Source of the DNA: an uncultured Oscillospiraceae bacterium
Lineage (GTDB): Bacteria; Bacillota; Clostridia; Oscillospirales; Oscillospiraceae
Reading direction: 5' to 3'
Length of the DNA stretch: 64,000 bases
Assembly (NCBI GenBank): GCA_964576195.1
Contig: CAZNUD010000002.1
Location: 4,117 to 68,116 of the forward strand
Shown here: piece by piece, positions 47,989 to 57,180 of the stretch
How positions within the stretch are numbered: position 1 is the stretch's first letter
Layout: every line of letters starts with the position of its first letter
Notes under the pieces: generated by a model
Database searches by the model: none
What the model was told of the DNA's origin: nothing
Seen by the model: only the letters and a program-made list of their open reading frames with translations
Position numbers and translations under genes: made by a program

Positions 47989-48879
47989 CTACTTCCCTGC
48001 CTTATGGGGAATTTGTTCTTTCTTCTGACTTAGCTCGTTTATTAATGTAAATGCCAGAATCATTACTCCGCCAAGTAGCTGTATGCTTGTGATCGTCTCC
48101 TGAAGGAATGCAACGGAAACAATTACCGCAACAAGTGGATCAATGTAACTAAAAATGGCTATTTTTTGGCCGCTTAACTTCCCTACCGCGGAAAAATATA
48201 GACAGTATGCAAAACCCGTATGAACAACTCCCAGAGTTAGCAGGCTTATAAGCCCCCCTCCCCTGATTTCGGCTATGTGAATACCCCCTGTCAGCGGTAC
48301 ATATACCAACAGCACCACAATAACCCCTACAAACTGACAAATGGTCTTATCAATGCCGCTTGCAGCCTTGACACGCTTGTTCATAATTATTATGAATGCG
48401 TAAAGACAGGCCGCCCCAAGCCCCAGCAGAATTCCGAGAAGTTCCTTATCGCTGCCGCCGCCACGGGCGCCGATTATCATAACAAGTCCCGCCGTTGCAA
48501 ATGCAAAATAGATACACTGCTTATAAGTAATCCGTTCTTTAAATATAATCGGGCAAAGCACCATTATCAGCACCGGGCAGAAATAATAACATAGGGTAGC
48601 CACCGATACACTGGTATAATTATAAGCCTCGAAAAGTAGCACCCAGTTAAAACCCATCGCTCCTCCTGAAATAAGGAGAGGCAACAGATCGCCCCCAATG
48701 GATTTAAAAGGAAGCCTTTCCCGCCGTGCGAGCTTATATAGCAGCAGAACAGTTAATCCTATCACCGCCCGCCATAGTGCAATTTCTCCGGAGGAAAGGG
48801 CGATACCTTTTACAAGCATACTGATGGTGCCGAAGATCACCATCGCTGATATTATACTCAGCAAACCTTTACTGACCAA
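47989..48879 (-). CDS. EamA/DMT family transporter
   Basis: 296 aa, 10 predicted TM helices in two EamA repeats. The TTG start overlaps the ilvE stop by 22 nt. Confidence 0.8.
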   Translation of the reverse strand: MVSKGLLSIISAMVIFGTISMLVKGIALSSGEIALWRAVIGLTVLLLYKLARRERLPFKSIGGDLLPLLISGGAMGFNWVLLFEAYNYTSVSVATLCYYFCPVLIMVLCPIIFKERITYKQCIYFAFATAGLVMIIGARGGGSDKELLGILLGLGAACLYAFIIIMNKRVKAASGIDKTICQFVGVIVVLLVYVPLTGGIHIAEIRGGGLISLLTLGVVHTGFAYCLYFSAVGKLSGQKIAIFSYIDPLVAVIVSVAFLQETITSIQLLGGVMILAFTLINELSQKKEQIPHKAGK

Positions 48880-49925
48880 GCGAATGTGTCCTTAATCTTC
48901 CCCCACTGGATGCCGGTAAGTGTATCGTAAAGCCTCTGGGTAAGTTCACCGATTTTAAAGGCGCCGATTTCGTGCTTCTTACCGTCAAAATTAATTTCAC
49001 CTATAGGAGATACAACAGCGGCAGTGCCTGTGCCCCATGCTTCCTCAAGAGTGCCGTCATCGGCTGCTGCAACCAGCTCATCAACAGGCAGCATGCGCTC
49101 CTCCACTTCATAGCCCCAGCTATTTAAAAGCTCTAGGACAGATTTGCGTGTTATGCCCGGAAGAACACTTCCTGTAAGTGCTGGTGTAACGATTTTACCA
49201 CCGATTTTGAACATAACGTTCATGGCGCCGACCTCCTCAATGTATCTGCGGTTAACGCCATCAAGCCAAAGAACCTGACTATAGCCCTGTTCTTCAGCCC
49301 TTGCTCCTGCTCTTATGGAGGCGGCGTAGTTTCCGCCGCATTTAATATAGCCTGTGCCGCCGCGAACCGCGCGAACATCGCTGTTTTCTATCAAAATACG
49401 AACAGGGTTAAGCCCCTCGGGGTAATAGCTGCCCACTGGGCAGGTGATAATACAAAAAATGTAGCTATGAGAAGCATGCACACCAATTTGTGGGTCGGCG
49501 GCAAAAGCAAAGGGTCGGATATATAAAGATGTATCTTGCTCTGCAGGGACCCAGTCCTTGTCAAGCTCAACCAGCTTCTTTAGCCCCTCCATGAAAATGT
49601 CCTCGGGAATTTGAGGAATACATAGACGCCCAGCCGAGGAGTTCATGCGCTTAATATTCTCCTCAGGTCTGAACAAAAGAACCTCTCCCTTATGGCTGCG
49701 GTATGCCTTCATACCTTCAAAAATCTCCTGAGCGTAATGGAAAACCATAGCCGCGGGGGAAAGCTGAAAGTCACCGAAAGGCACTATCCTCCCGTCGTGC
49801 CAGCCCTTTCCCTGGTCATAGTCCATAAGGAACATATGGTCGGAAAAATACGTACCGAAAGGTATGCCGTTTAAGTTGGGCTTTTCCTTAGGAGCGGTTG
49901 TCTTTTCAATTCTGATGTTTTCCAT
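48858..49925 (-). CDS. ilvE: branched-chain amino acid aminotransferase (class IV)
   Basis: 355 aa, FSDHMF, YAQEIFEGMKAYR (PLP Lys), GTGTAAVV. Confidence 0.88.
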   Translation of the reverse strand: MENIRIEKTTAPKEKPNLNGIPFGTYFSDHMFLMDYDQGKGWHDGRIVPFGDFQLSPAAMVFHYAQEIFEGMKAYRSHKGEVLLFRPEENIKRMNSSAGRLCIPQIPEDIFMEGLKKLVELDKDWVPAEQDTSLYIRPFAFAADPQIGVHASHSYIFCIITCPVGSYYPEGLNPVRILIENSDVRAVRGGTGYIKCGGNYAASIRAGARAEEQGYSQVLWLDGVNRRYIEEVGAMNVMFKIGGKIVTPALTGSVLPGITRKSVLELLNSWGYEVEERMLPVDELVAAADDGTLEEAWGTGTAAVVSPIGEINFDGKKHEIGAFKIGELTQRLYDTLTGIQWGKIKDTFAWSVKVC

Positions 49926-50104
49926 GGTTTCACGCTCACTTTCAATAAATAGGTCAAATGCCTTGTATTAACTTTATATATTATCATTCACGGCGTATAT
50001 TTCAAGGTTTCTTTTGCTACAGTATAGAAATTTGTCATTTATGCTGTTTAACGATTTAATTTACTACTAATTTTTGTGCGCTAAGCAATAAAATGTAGAA
50101 AATG

Positions 50105-50133
50105 CTTGCAATTGTATTAGTGAGGTAGTACAA
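50105..50133 (+). promoter_or_regulatory. sigma-A-type promoter for the ABC gene pair
   Basis: TTGCAA-17 nt-TACAAT. Confidence 0.55.
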
Positions 50134-50210
50134 TAATACGGAATAGACAATGCTTGGAACATTACATGCATTATATCAGATATGATAGAGTGCTAAGAGG
50201 AGGTACGCTT

Positions 50211-50924
50211 ATGCTAAGCGTAGAAAACGTAACAAAAAAATACGGCAAACTGGTTGCCAATAGCAATATAAGCTTTACAGTGAATGAGGGGCAGATAGCG
50301 GTATTGCTAGGTCCCAACGGTGCAGGTAAATCCACCATAATCAAGTGCATTTCCGGGCTTTTGCGGTTTGACGGCAAAATCCTTATTGACGGCAACGACA
50401 ATAAAAGCATTGAGTCAAAGCGACTTTTAGGCTACGTGCCTGAAATGCCCGCCATTTACGAACTGATGACAGTAGCTGAGCACATGGAGTTTATCCGTCG
50501 GGCATATCGCATGGATGATGATGATTATTCAGATTATCTTCTAGAGCGTTTTGAACTGGCAGATAAGAAGGATAAGCTTGGCAAGGAGCTGTCTAAGGGC
50601 ATGCAACAAAAGCTCTCTATATGCTGCACACTGGCCCATAAGCCAAAGGTCATTATTTTCGATGAGCCAATGATGGGGCTTGATCCCCGTGCCATAAAGG
50701 AGCTTAAAAAGATGTTTGTGGAACTGAAGGAGCAGGGCTGTTCAATACTTATAAGCACTCATATGCTCGACATCGTGGAGGATTATTGGGACGTGGCCCA
50801 CATTATGATCAACGGTGTCTTTGCCGCCACCAAACAAAACGACCCCGCTAGCAGCGATGAAAAAAGTCTCGAGGATCTGTTCTTTGAAATAACTGAGGGC
50901 AGCAGAGCGGAGGTTAAGGAATGA
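50211..50924 (+). CDS. ABC transporter ATP-binding protein
   Basis: GPNGAGKST Walker A, LSKGMQQKL signature, IIFDEP Walker B. Start at ATG 50211 after GAGGAGG. Confidence 0.9.
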   Translation: MLSVENVTKKYGKLVANSNISFTVNEGQIAVLLGPNGAGKSTIIKCISGLLRFDGKILIDGNDNKSIESKRLLGYVPEMPAIYELMTVAEHMEFIRRAYRMDDDDYSDYLLERFELADKKDKLGKELSKGMQQKLSICCTLAHKPKVIIFDEPMMGLDPRAIKELKKMFVELKEQGCSILISTHMLDIVEDYWDVAHIMINGVFAATKQNDPASSDEKSLEDLFFEITEGSRAEVKE

Positions 50925-52492
50925 ATAGCAGCGCATTAAGCTTTATTCTGAAAACCAAGCTTAAAAACTATTTTACGGACTTGATTCACAGGCCGGGCAG
51001 ACTGGTGCTGATGATAATAATTGTGGCGATGCTGGTTATGGTTTTTGTTGCCGGCGCCATAGGAAACACAGAAAATAAAGGAGATTACCGCGATATAGGC
51101 GAGGTTTTCGCCATGATGAACGCGCTTTATATTGCTATTTTTTCCGCTACATTCATTACAGCGTTGGAGCGAGGCGGAAGCATTTTCAAGTTGTCGGACG
51201 TTAACCTTCTTTTCCCGGCCCCCTTTTCCAAAAGAAGCGTGCTTTTCTTTGGTCTTATCCAGCAGATGGGCGCATCCCTGTTCCTCGGTATCTTTATATT
51301 GTATCAATACACCAACCTGAGCATTCACTATGGCATTGGGGTTTTTCCTACTATTTTAATGGTATTATGCTACTCGCTGGTGGTATTCTTTGCCCATACC
51401 TGTGCTATGTTCGTATACATATTTGTTAGTGACAGCGATAGGTACAAAGAAATAGTCAAATATTCATTTTACGGGCTTCTGGCAGCCTTGGTATTAGCAG
51501 CTGCGGCAAGCACTATTTTCGGTAAGGGGCTTTCTATCGAAACGTTCACTAATTTTGGAAACAGCTTGGCCCTGAGATCTTTCCCATTTGCCGGTTGGAT
51601 GGGTGCCTTTGTCAGCGCCTTGCTTTCGAATAAATACCTTGAGGCTGCCCTTTGGCTGCTTCTTACTGCCGGCTGTTTTACGGCGGCAGTCATTATTATG
51701 TCAAAGTCAAAGCGCGAGTATTACGAGGACGTTTTAGATTCTGCTACCTTGAGCTTTAACGCCATGAACTCCACCAAGGACGGACTTCAGCCCGAGGTAA
51801 TACCCAAGAAAATCAAGCTTGGTAAAACCGGCATAGGTAAGGGCGAGGGTGCAGCTGTAATTTTCTACAAGCACCTTTTGGAAAACCGCCGTGCCAGGGT
51901 CTTTATGCTTTCAAATATGTCGCTGATATTCGTGCTTATTACGGCAGGCTTCGCATTTTTTATGCGAAACATAGGCATCGTCCCGGTGCTGTCCTTTTCA
52001 GTCTACTGCGGCATCTTTACTCTCGGCACAGGACGCTTTGCAAGAGAGCTTAACAAGCCTTTTGTTTACCTTATTCCCGAAGCACCTGTAAAAAAGCTTA
52101 TTTATACCCTTTCGGACACTTTGCCTAGCCTATTGGTGGAAAGCATCGTAACATTTATACCGGTCGCCTATATTATTGGTTCTACGCCCTTGGAGTTCTT
52201 TTGCGCAGCACTGGCAAAAACCTCTTTTGGGATTCTGTTTCTTTCAGGAAGCCTAATAGTTGACCGACTGTGGGGTGGTTTTTTATCAAAGGTTACGGGA
52301 ATGCTGATATTCATTCTGGTTGATATTATACTTGCCATTCCGGGCATTATCCTCGGCATAGTGCTTGTAGGGCCTATCACAGGAGCGCTGCAACTGCCGA
52401 TGGCTATTCTGACTATAGCTGTTGTAAACCTTATGGTTAGTCTTTTGGTGTTTTTCTGCTGCAGGAACGTTTTGCAGTATTCAGAGCTATAG
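50921..52492 (+). CDS. putative ABC exporter membrane protein (multi-TM, ABC_export-like)
   Basis: 523 aa, ~12 hydrophobic segments. The start overlaps the ATPase stop (ATGA). No recognisable enzymatic motif. Confidence 0.6.
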   Translation: MNSSALSFILKTKLKNYFTDLIHRPGRLVLMIIIVAMLVMVFVAGAIGNTENKGDYRDIGEVFAMMNALYIAIFSATFITALERGGSIFKLSDVNLLFPAPFSKRSVLFFGLIQQMGASLFLGIFILYQYTNLSIHYGIGVFPTILMVLCYSLVVFFAHTCAMFVYIFVSDSDRYKEIVKYSFYGLLAALVLAAAASTIFGKGLSIETFTNFGNSLALRSFPFAGWMGAFVSALLSNKYLEAALWLLLTAGCFTAAVIIMSKSKREYYEDVLDSATLSFNAMNSTKDGLQPEVIPKKIKLGKTGIGKGEGAAVIFYKHLLENRRARVFMLSNMSLIFVLITAGFAFFMRNIGIVPVLSFSVYCGIFTLGTGRFARELNKPFVYLIPEAPVKKLIYTLSDTLPSLLVESIVTFIPVAYIIGSTPLEFFCAALAKTSFGILFLSGSLIVDRLWGGFLSKVTGMLIFILVDIILAIPGIILGIVLVGPITGALQLPMAILTIAVVNLMVSLLVFFCCRNVLQYSEL

Positions 52493-52502
52493 CTTAGAAA
52501 AC

Positions 52503-52537
52503 ATAATCGCCGTCCGTAAATTACGGACGGCGATTAT
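52503..52537. terminator. strong hairpin between convergent ABC permease and SBP genes
   Basis: 16-bp perfect stem ATAATCGCCGTCCGTA / TACGGACGGCGATTAT. The minus-strand readout is followed by GTTTTCT. Confidence 0.7.
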
Positions 52538-52552
52538 GCTACTAATTAAATT

Positions 52553-53767
52553 CTATTTTCCCACGGAGCTTGTTTGAAGAACTTGAAAATCTTTTTCTTC
52601 AACGTTAAAGGTTTTTATGTAGGTATGCTTTTCAACCAAGCCACCGTTTGAGTCAAATGAAATATGCCCGGTTACTCCGTTGTAATCTGTTGCGGCAAGG
52701 GCTGCTGTGACCGCCGCCGGCTCCAGGCTCTCGCTTCTGCTAAGGGCGTCAATTAGAACCATGTAAGCATCATAGCCTAAAGCGGATATGGGTGAAACGT
52801 TATTTACTTTCCCATTCATGTCAAAAAAGACCTCATCCTTGCTGACCCAAGAGGAAAATTTGGGCACGAACTTTGCCGCTGCCACATTTGCATTATCGTC
52901 CTCGTCAAAGCAAGAACAGAAAATAACTTCTCGCCCGTAGTTTGAGCAGCTTTCCAAAAGAGCCACCGAATCAAAGCTGTCAGCCCCAAGTATGGGACAG
53001 ATAATTTCGTTGCGGCGAAGCTGCTTAATAATATTTGCTGTGGTACCAACGGTGGAGGGGAGAAAAACCACATCCGCCTTAACGGATTTAATCATGTTTG
53101 CTATTCCTTGAAAGTTGTTCTGGCCTTTTTCATAGGTGTAAGCAAAAACATTGCCCTCAAGTCTTATAAATTCATCCGCAAAACAGGAGGCCAAGCTGTT
53201 AGAATAGGGGTCGTTCTCCTGAGTAAGAACAACTGCTGTATTGCTGCCCTTGCCTATTGCATAGCTTGCCATCACATTTGCCTGAAAACAATCGTCATAG
53301 CACACCCGAAAAGATGACGGCGAAGTGCTGGAAGGCCCCGGCGTTGTGCTGGATGCCTGTATAACAGGAGTGCCGCTTTGAGAAAGTGCGGTGGCTCCTG
53401 CTTCTGAAAGCGCTGATCCGTAGGAGCCAATGACGGCAATGACGTTTTCGTTAACAAAATATTTACCGTCCAGTTTAGCCGTTTCAACGTCAGACGCGTT
53501 GTCAAGCTCTAATAGCTGAACAGTGTAGCTGACACCGTTAATGTCCACCTTGGGGCAGACAGTATTAGCGTAGCGAATGCCCAAAAGCTCTTTTTTTCCG
53601 CCCTCGGCCTCAGCACCGGTAAGGGGTTGATATACACCGATGGTTAATATGTTTTCTTCTTTTTCACTGGCTATTTTACCCGGATCCTCGCCCACTGCAC
53701 CGGTAAAGGCGAAAAACACCGTAAGAATAATTGCCAGTGATGCAATCATTAAAAAAGCTCTTTTCAT
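52553..53767 (-). CDS. ABC substrate-binding protein, branched-chain amino acid (Peripla_BP_6) type
   Basis: 404 aa, signal/anchor helix, LIV-binding-like fold signatures (IGSYGSA, VVFLPS). Confidence 0.7.
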   Translation of the reverse strand: MKRAFLMIASLAIILTVFFAFTGAVGEDPGKIASEKEENILTIGVYQPLTGAEAEGGKKELLGIRYANTVCPKVDINGVSYTVQLLELDNASDVETAKLDGKYFVNENVIAVIGSYGSALSEAGATALSQSGTPVIQASSTTPGPSSTSPSSFRVCYDDCFQANVMASYAIGKGSNTAVVLTQENDPYSNSLASCFADEFIRLEGNVFAYTYEKGQNNFQGIANMIKSVKADVVFLPSTVGTTANIIKQLRRNEIICPILGADSFDSVALLESCSNYGREVIFCSCFDEDDNANVAAAKFVPKFSSWVSKDEVFFDMNGKVNNVSPISALGYDAYMVLIDALSRSESLEPAAVTAALAATDYNGVTGHISFDSNGGLVEKHTYIKTFNVEEKDFQVLQTSSVGK

Positions 53768-53918
53768 AATTTTCCTCTCGTACGCACATTATTCAAATTA
53801 AATAATTACATACGCTTGGATAATATAACAATTTGGTTACAAAAGCAAGATGTTGTGAAGATATTCTAAAATACGCACAAAATATATAGGTTACATTTGC
53901 ATTTTTGCAACAATATGC

Positions 53919-55106
53919 TCAAAACATTATTGGACTAATTCGCCATTGTGCCTGCCCCCGCCTCTCCTCGCGTGCATTATATCCCAGCACGTAAAGATCA
54001 TGGGCTTTGCTTTCAAGTTTAAAGATACGTCGGCACTCCTTAGACAGTTCGTTCACCTCTGCGGGCTTAGTGATAACGGGAATAGTCGTTTTCTCTTGAA
54101 TTAGTCTAAGAGCCTCCCTGCCCTGTTTGCTTGCCGATAGTACCCGTGTATATGGCGGGATGCCCTCGGAGTCCTCAGCCTTAATGCCAAGGGCAGCACA
54201 CATATACATGCGTCTGATACGGGAAAGGGCATAGCGCTTAGTCTTAGCAGCGGAAAGTATGCCGTCTATGCTGCTTTCCTCCTGTGCTGCAGCCCAAAGA
54301 CGGTTTTCCAGTCCCTCTGCCGCATCGGGAAGCTTGGCATAGTCCTCCTCATTGAGCATGCGGTAACGGGAAATAAGGGCTGTTTCCAGTGTTTCGGGGA
54401 AAACGGGGCCTCTGCCCTGCTCTATCTCACGTTTTAGAACCTCGCTGGCTTCCTTAGTCATATATTGCTTATATTTGCCACCTGTTTTAATTAGATTCCT
54501 AATATCCGAAGCTGAACCGCCAACCTCATCGTGGGCAGCTCCCATCCGTTTAACCGTCATTGGTTCCACGCGGAGATGCTGGATAAAAATGGCCTTTAAA
54601 TACTCCACGGCAAGGATGTTGTTAGGGGTTTCCAAGTGGTCTGCCATGCTGCCTATTTCCTTTGAAAGCGCCCGTTGTCTGGCTGCGGCGTAAGAAATTC
54701 CAAGCTCCAGCTCTTGGCGTATCTGCCCGTCAAGGGCGGGATCCATTATTGCGATGGCAAGACTTGTGAGGGTTTGAATGTCTCCGCACTCACTTCCGAA
54801 GCTCAGGTAGTCAATGCAATTTAAAGCCCCGATTAAGCCAACTGCTCCCCTTGCAAAGCCCTCCGCCGAGGACAGGGCCCAGGGCAGGGGCAACTCCAAA
54901 ACAAGGTCTGCACCCGAACGAACAGCAGCCTCAGCTCTGGCATATTTTGAAATAATTGCAGGCTCGCCCCGCTGAACAAAGTCTCCGGACATAACACAAA
55001 CGCTAAGGGCCTTATCATCGCCTAGTTGATTCTTACTTTCGGCAATGTGCAGGCGGTGGCCGTTGTGAAAAGGGTTATACTCGCTTATAATACCAATGAG
55101 CTTCAT
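53919..55106 (-). CDS. tmcAL: tRNA(Met) cytidine acetate ligase (UPF0348/YlbM family nucleotidyltransferase)
   Basis: MKLIGIISEYNPFHNGH HxGH-type N-terminus, 395 aa. Confidence 0.8.
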   Translation of the reverse strand: MKLIGIISEYNPFHNGHRLHIAESKNQLGDDKALSVCVMSGDFVQRGEPAIISKYARAEAAVRSGADLVLELPLPWALSSAEGFARGAVGLIGALNCIDYLSFGSECGDIQTLTSLAIAIMDPALDGQIRQELELGISYAAARQRALSKEIGSMADHLETPNNILAVEYLKAIFIQHLRVEPMTVKRMGAAHDEVGGSASDIRNLIKTGGKYKQYMTKEASEVLKREIEQGRGPVFPETLETALISRYRMLNEEDYAKLPDAAEGLENRLWAAAQEESSIDGILSAAKTKRYALSRIRRMYMCAALGIKAEDSEGIPPYTRVLSASKQGREALRLIQEKTTIPVITKPAEVNELSKECRRIFKLESKAHDLYVLGYNAREERRGQAQWRISPIMF

Positions 55107-55184
55107 TTTTCTTCCTCCTTACGGGCATAAGTAACGTATTAATAGAAAATGTTGCACAAATTGTAACAAAAAAGCTAAAAGGCC

Positions 55185-55214
55185 TTGCATTTTGATGCAG
55201 AGTAGTATTAGAAT
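55185..55214 (+). promoter_or_regulatory. candidate promoter for ackA
   Basis: TTGCAT-18 nt-TAGAAT. Confidence 0.4.
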
Positions 55215-55296
55215 AGCGTCGTGTGTAATTTTTTAGCGCCTTTCGGTGCTATTTTACATTTTTATAAACATGAATTCAACAAGAAAGGGCATTATT

Positions 55297-56508
55297 ATGA
55301 AAATTTTGGTCATAAACGCCGGTAGTTCCTCCTTAAAGTATCAGCTAATTGACATGGAGGATAAGAGTATCCAAGCAAAGGGTCTATGTGAGCGTATAGG
55401 TATTGACGGTCACATCAAACATACTCCTCTGGTTTCCGACAAGCCTGTTTTTGAAGCAGAAATACCTATGCCTACCCACGCTGAGGCTATTGAGGTTGTC
55501 CTAGAAAAGCTTGTATCTCCAGAATACGGCGTTGTTAAGTCCATGAGTGAAATCGCTGCTGTTGGTCACCGTGTGCTCCATGGCGGAAAAGAGTTTGCAA
55601 AGTCCGTATATATCGACAACGCCTGCATGGCAGCTATCGAGCGCTGTATCCCCCTCGGGCCCCTCCACAACCCCGCAAACATTATGGGTATCGAGGCCTG
55701 CCGCAAGGTTATGGGAGACAAGGTTCCCATGGTTGCCGTTTTCGACACCGCCTTTCATATGACAATGCCCCCAAAGGCCTATACCTATGCGATCCCCTAT
55801 GAATACACAGAAAAGGACAACCTCCGCCGTTACGGCTTCCACGGCACCAGCCACCGCTTCGTATCCGAGCGGGCACTTGAAATTATGGGCATTATGGACG
55901 ATCCCAACAGCAAGGTTATTGTCTGTCATTTAGGCAACGGTTCTTCCATTTCCGCTGTTAAGGGCGGCAAGTGCGTTGATACTTCTATGGGACTCTCCCC
56001 TCTTGTGGGTCTTCCCATGGGCACCCGCTGCGGTGACATTGACCCAACCGTCTTGCAGTTTATTATGAACAAGTACGGTATGAGCATGAACGAGATCATG
56101 ACCACTATGAATAAGAAGTCCGGCGTTCTGGGCATTTCGGGTGTTTCCAGCGACTTTCGCGACCTAGGCAAGTCCGCCAATGAAGGAAACGAACGCTCTC
56201 AGCTTGCTCTTGACATGTTCCATTACTGGGTCGCCAAGGTTGTCGGCTCCTATGTGGCCGCTATGAACGGCGTTGACGGTATTGCTTTTACCGGCGGTAT
56301 TGGCGAAAACGGGTGTGACTCACGGGCCGCTATATGCGAATATCTTACCTATCTGGGTGTCAAAATAGACGCTGATGCCAACAAGATTCGCTCCAAGACT
56401 ACAACTATCAGCACTGCTGAGAGCAAGGTTAAGGTAATGGTCATCCCCACTAACGAGGAACTGGTTATAGCCAGAGATACCAAGTCCATAGTTGAGGCCA
56501 TGAAGTAA
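55297..56508 (+). CDS. ackA: acetate kinase
   Basis: MKILVINAGSSSLKYQL, GFHGTSH, 403 aa from ATG 55297. Confidence 0.95.
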   Translation: MKILVINAGSSSLKYQLIDMEDKSIQAKGLCERIGIDGHIKHTPLVSDKPVFEAEIPMPTHAEAIEVVLEKLVSPEYGVVKSMSEIAAVGHRVLHGGKEFAKSVYIDNACMAAIERCIPLGPLHNPANIMGIEACRKVMGDKVPMVAVFDTAFHMTMPPKAYTYAIPYEYTEKDNLRRYGFHGTSHRFVSERALEIMGIMDDPNSKVIVCHLGNGSSISAVKGGKCVDTSMGLSPLVGLPMGTRCGDIDPTVLQFIMNKYGMSMNEIMTTMNKKSGVLGISGVSSDFRDLGKSANEGNERSQLALDMFHYWVAKVVGSYVAAMNGVDGIAFTGGIGENGCDSRAAICEYLTYLGVKIDADANKIRSKTTTISTAESKVKVMVIPTNEELVIARDTKSIVEAMK

Positions 56509-56522
56509 AATTTGCTAAACTA

Positions 56523-56552
56523 AACGCCCCAACCGCTTGCGGCTGGGGCGTT
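56523..56552 (+). terminator. intrinsic terminator of ackA
   Basis: AACGCCCCAACCG-cttg-CGGCTGGGGCGTT followed by ATTTTTG. Confidence 0.75.
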
Positions 56553-56569
56553 ATTTTTGTTGCAGGTGC

Positions 56570-57070
56570 CTAAATCCGGGACAAAAAGCTATTAAATATC
56601 TCTATGTGGTTTTGTTCATCAAGAATGATCCTCTCAAGAATCTTAATGGCACTGGGGTCGTCGATTTGGCTTATTCGCTCTCTATAGTTTTCTATTGCTG
56701 TGCGTTCACTTTTAATATTCAAGGGTAAAAAGCAAGCGGGGTCTACCTCGTATGAAGCATTTTGCCCTGACCAATAACGAAGACTGCAGCCGTTTTGAAC
56801 CGCCAGACGCGGACAGCCTCCAAAGGCGGTAATTAGATGTACTATAAGTTCGTAGTGCTGCATTTCCACCCTGGAAATGCATTCTAAGGCACTTGACAGC
56901 GCTTTATCCTCGATAACCATGTGCTGAAAAACATAGTTGGTTACCGCAGTCATCTCACTTACCTGCCCTGCCAAATCTCTTGAAAGCAGCGCGGCGTAAC
57001 CCAGATTTCGAGAATTTACCCGTACCGTTGGATACGGAATATCAAGCCTGCAGTCAAAATTGTTGTTCAT
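56570..57070 (-). CDS. ferritin-like di-iron four-helix-bundle protein (CotJC/Mn-catalase-like layout)
   Basis: 166 aa. Two ExxH motifs (VEMQHY, DEQNHIE) plus upstream Glu residues (SEMTAV, ERTAIENY). Confidence 0.6.
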   Translation of the reverse strand: MNNNFDCRLDIPYPTVRVNSRNLGYAALLSRDLAGQVSEMTAVTNYVFQHMVIEDKALSSALECISRVEMQHYELIVHLITAFGGCPRLAVQNGCSLRYWSGQNASYEVDPACFLPLNIKSERTAIENYRERISQIDDPSAIKILERIILDEQNHIEIFNSFLSRI

Positions 57071-57133
57071 TTCCCACCTCCATATCGCTTATACAGATTA
57101 AACCCATACCGCAATATTATTCAATCAGTGCAC

Positions 57134-57167
57134 AAAAAATGCACAGCGCTTTCGCGCTGTGCATTTT
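57134..57167 (-). terminator. intrinsic terminator of etfA
   Basis: 11-bp stem TGCACAGCGC(T) / GCGCTGTGCA flanked by A6/T4. The minus-strand readout ends in TTTTTTG. Confidence 0.8.
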
Positions 57168-57180
57168 AATTAGTATATAA

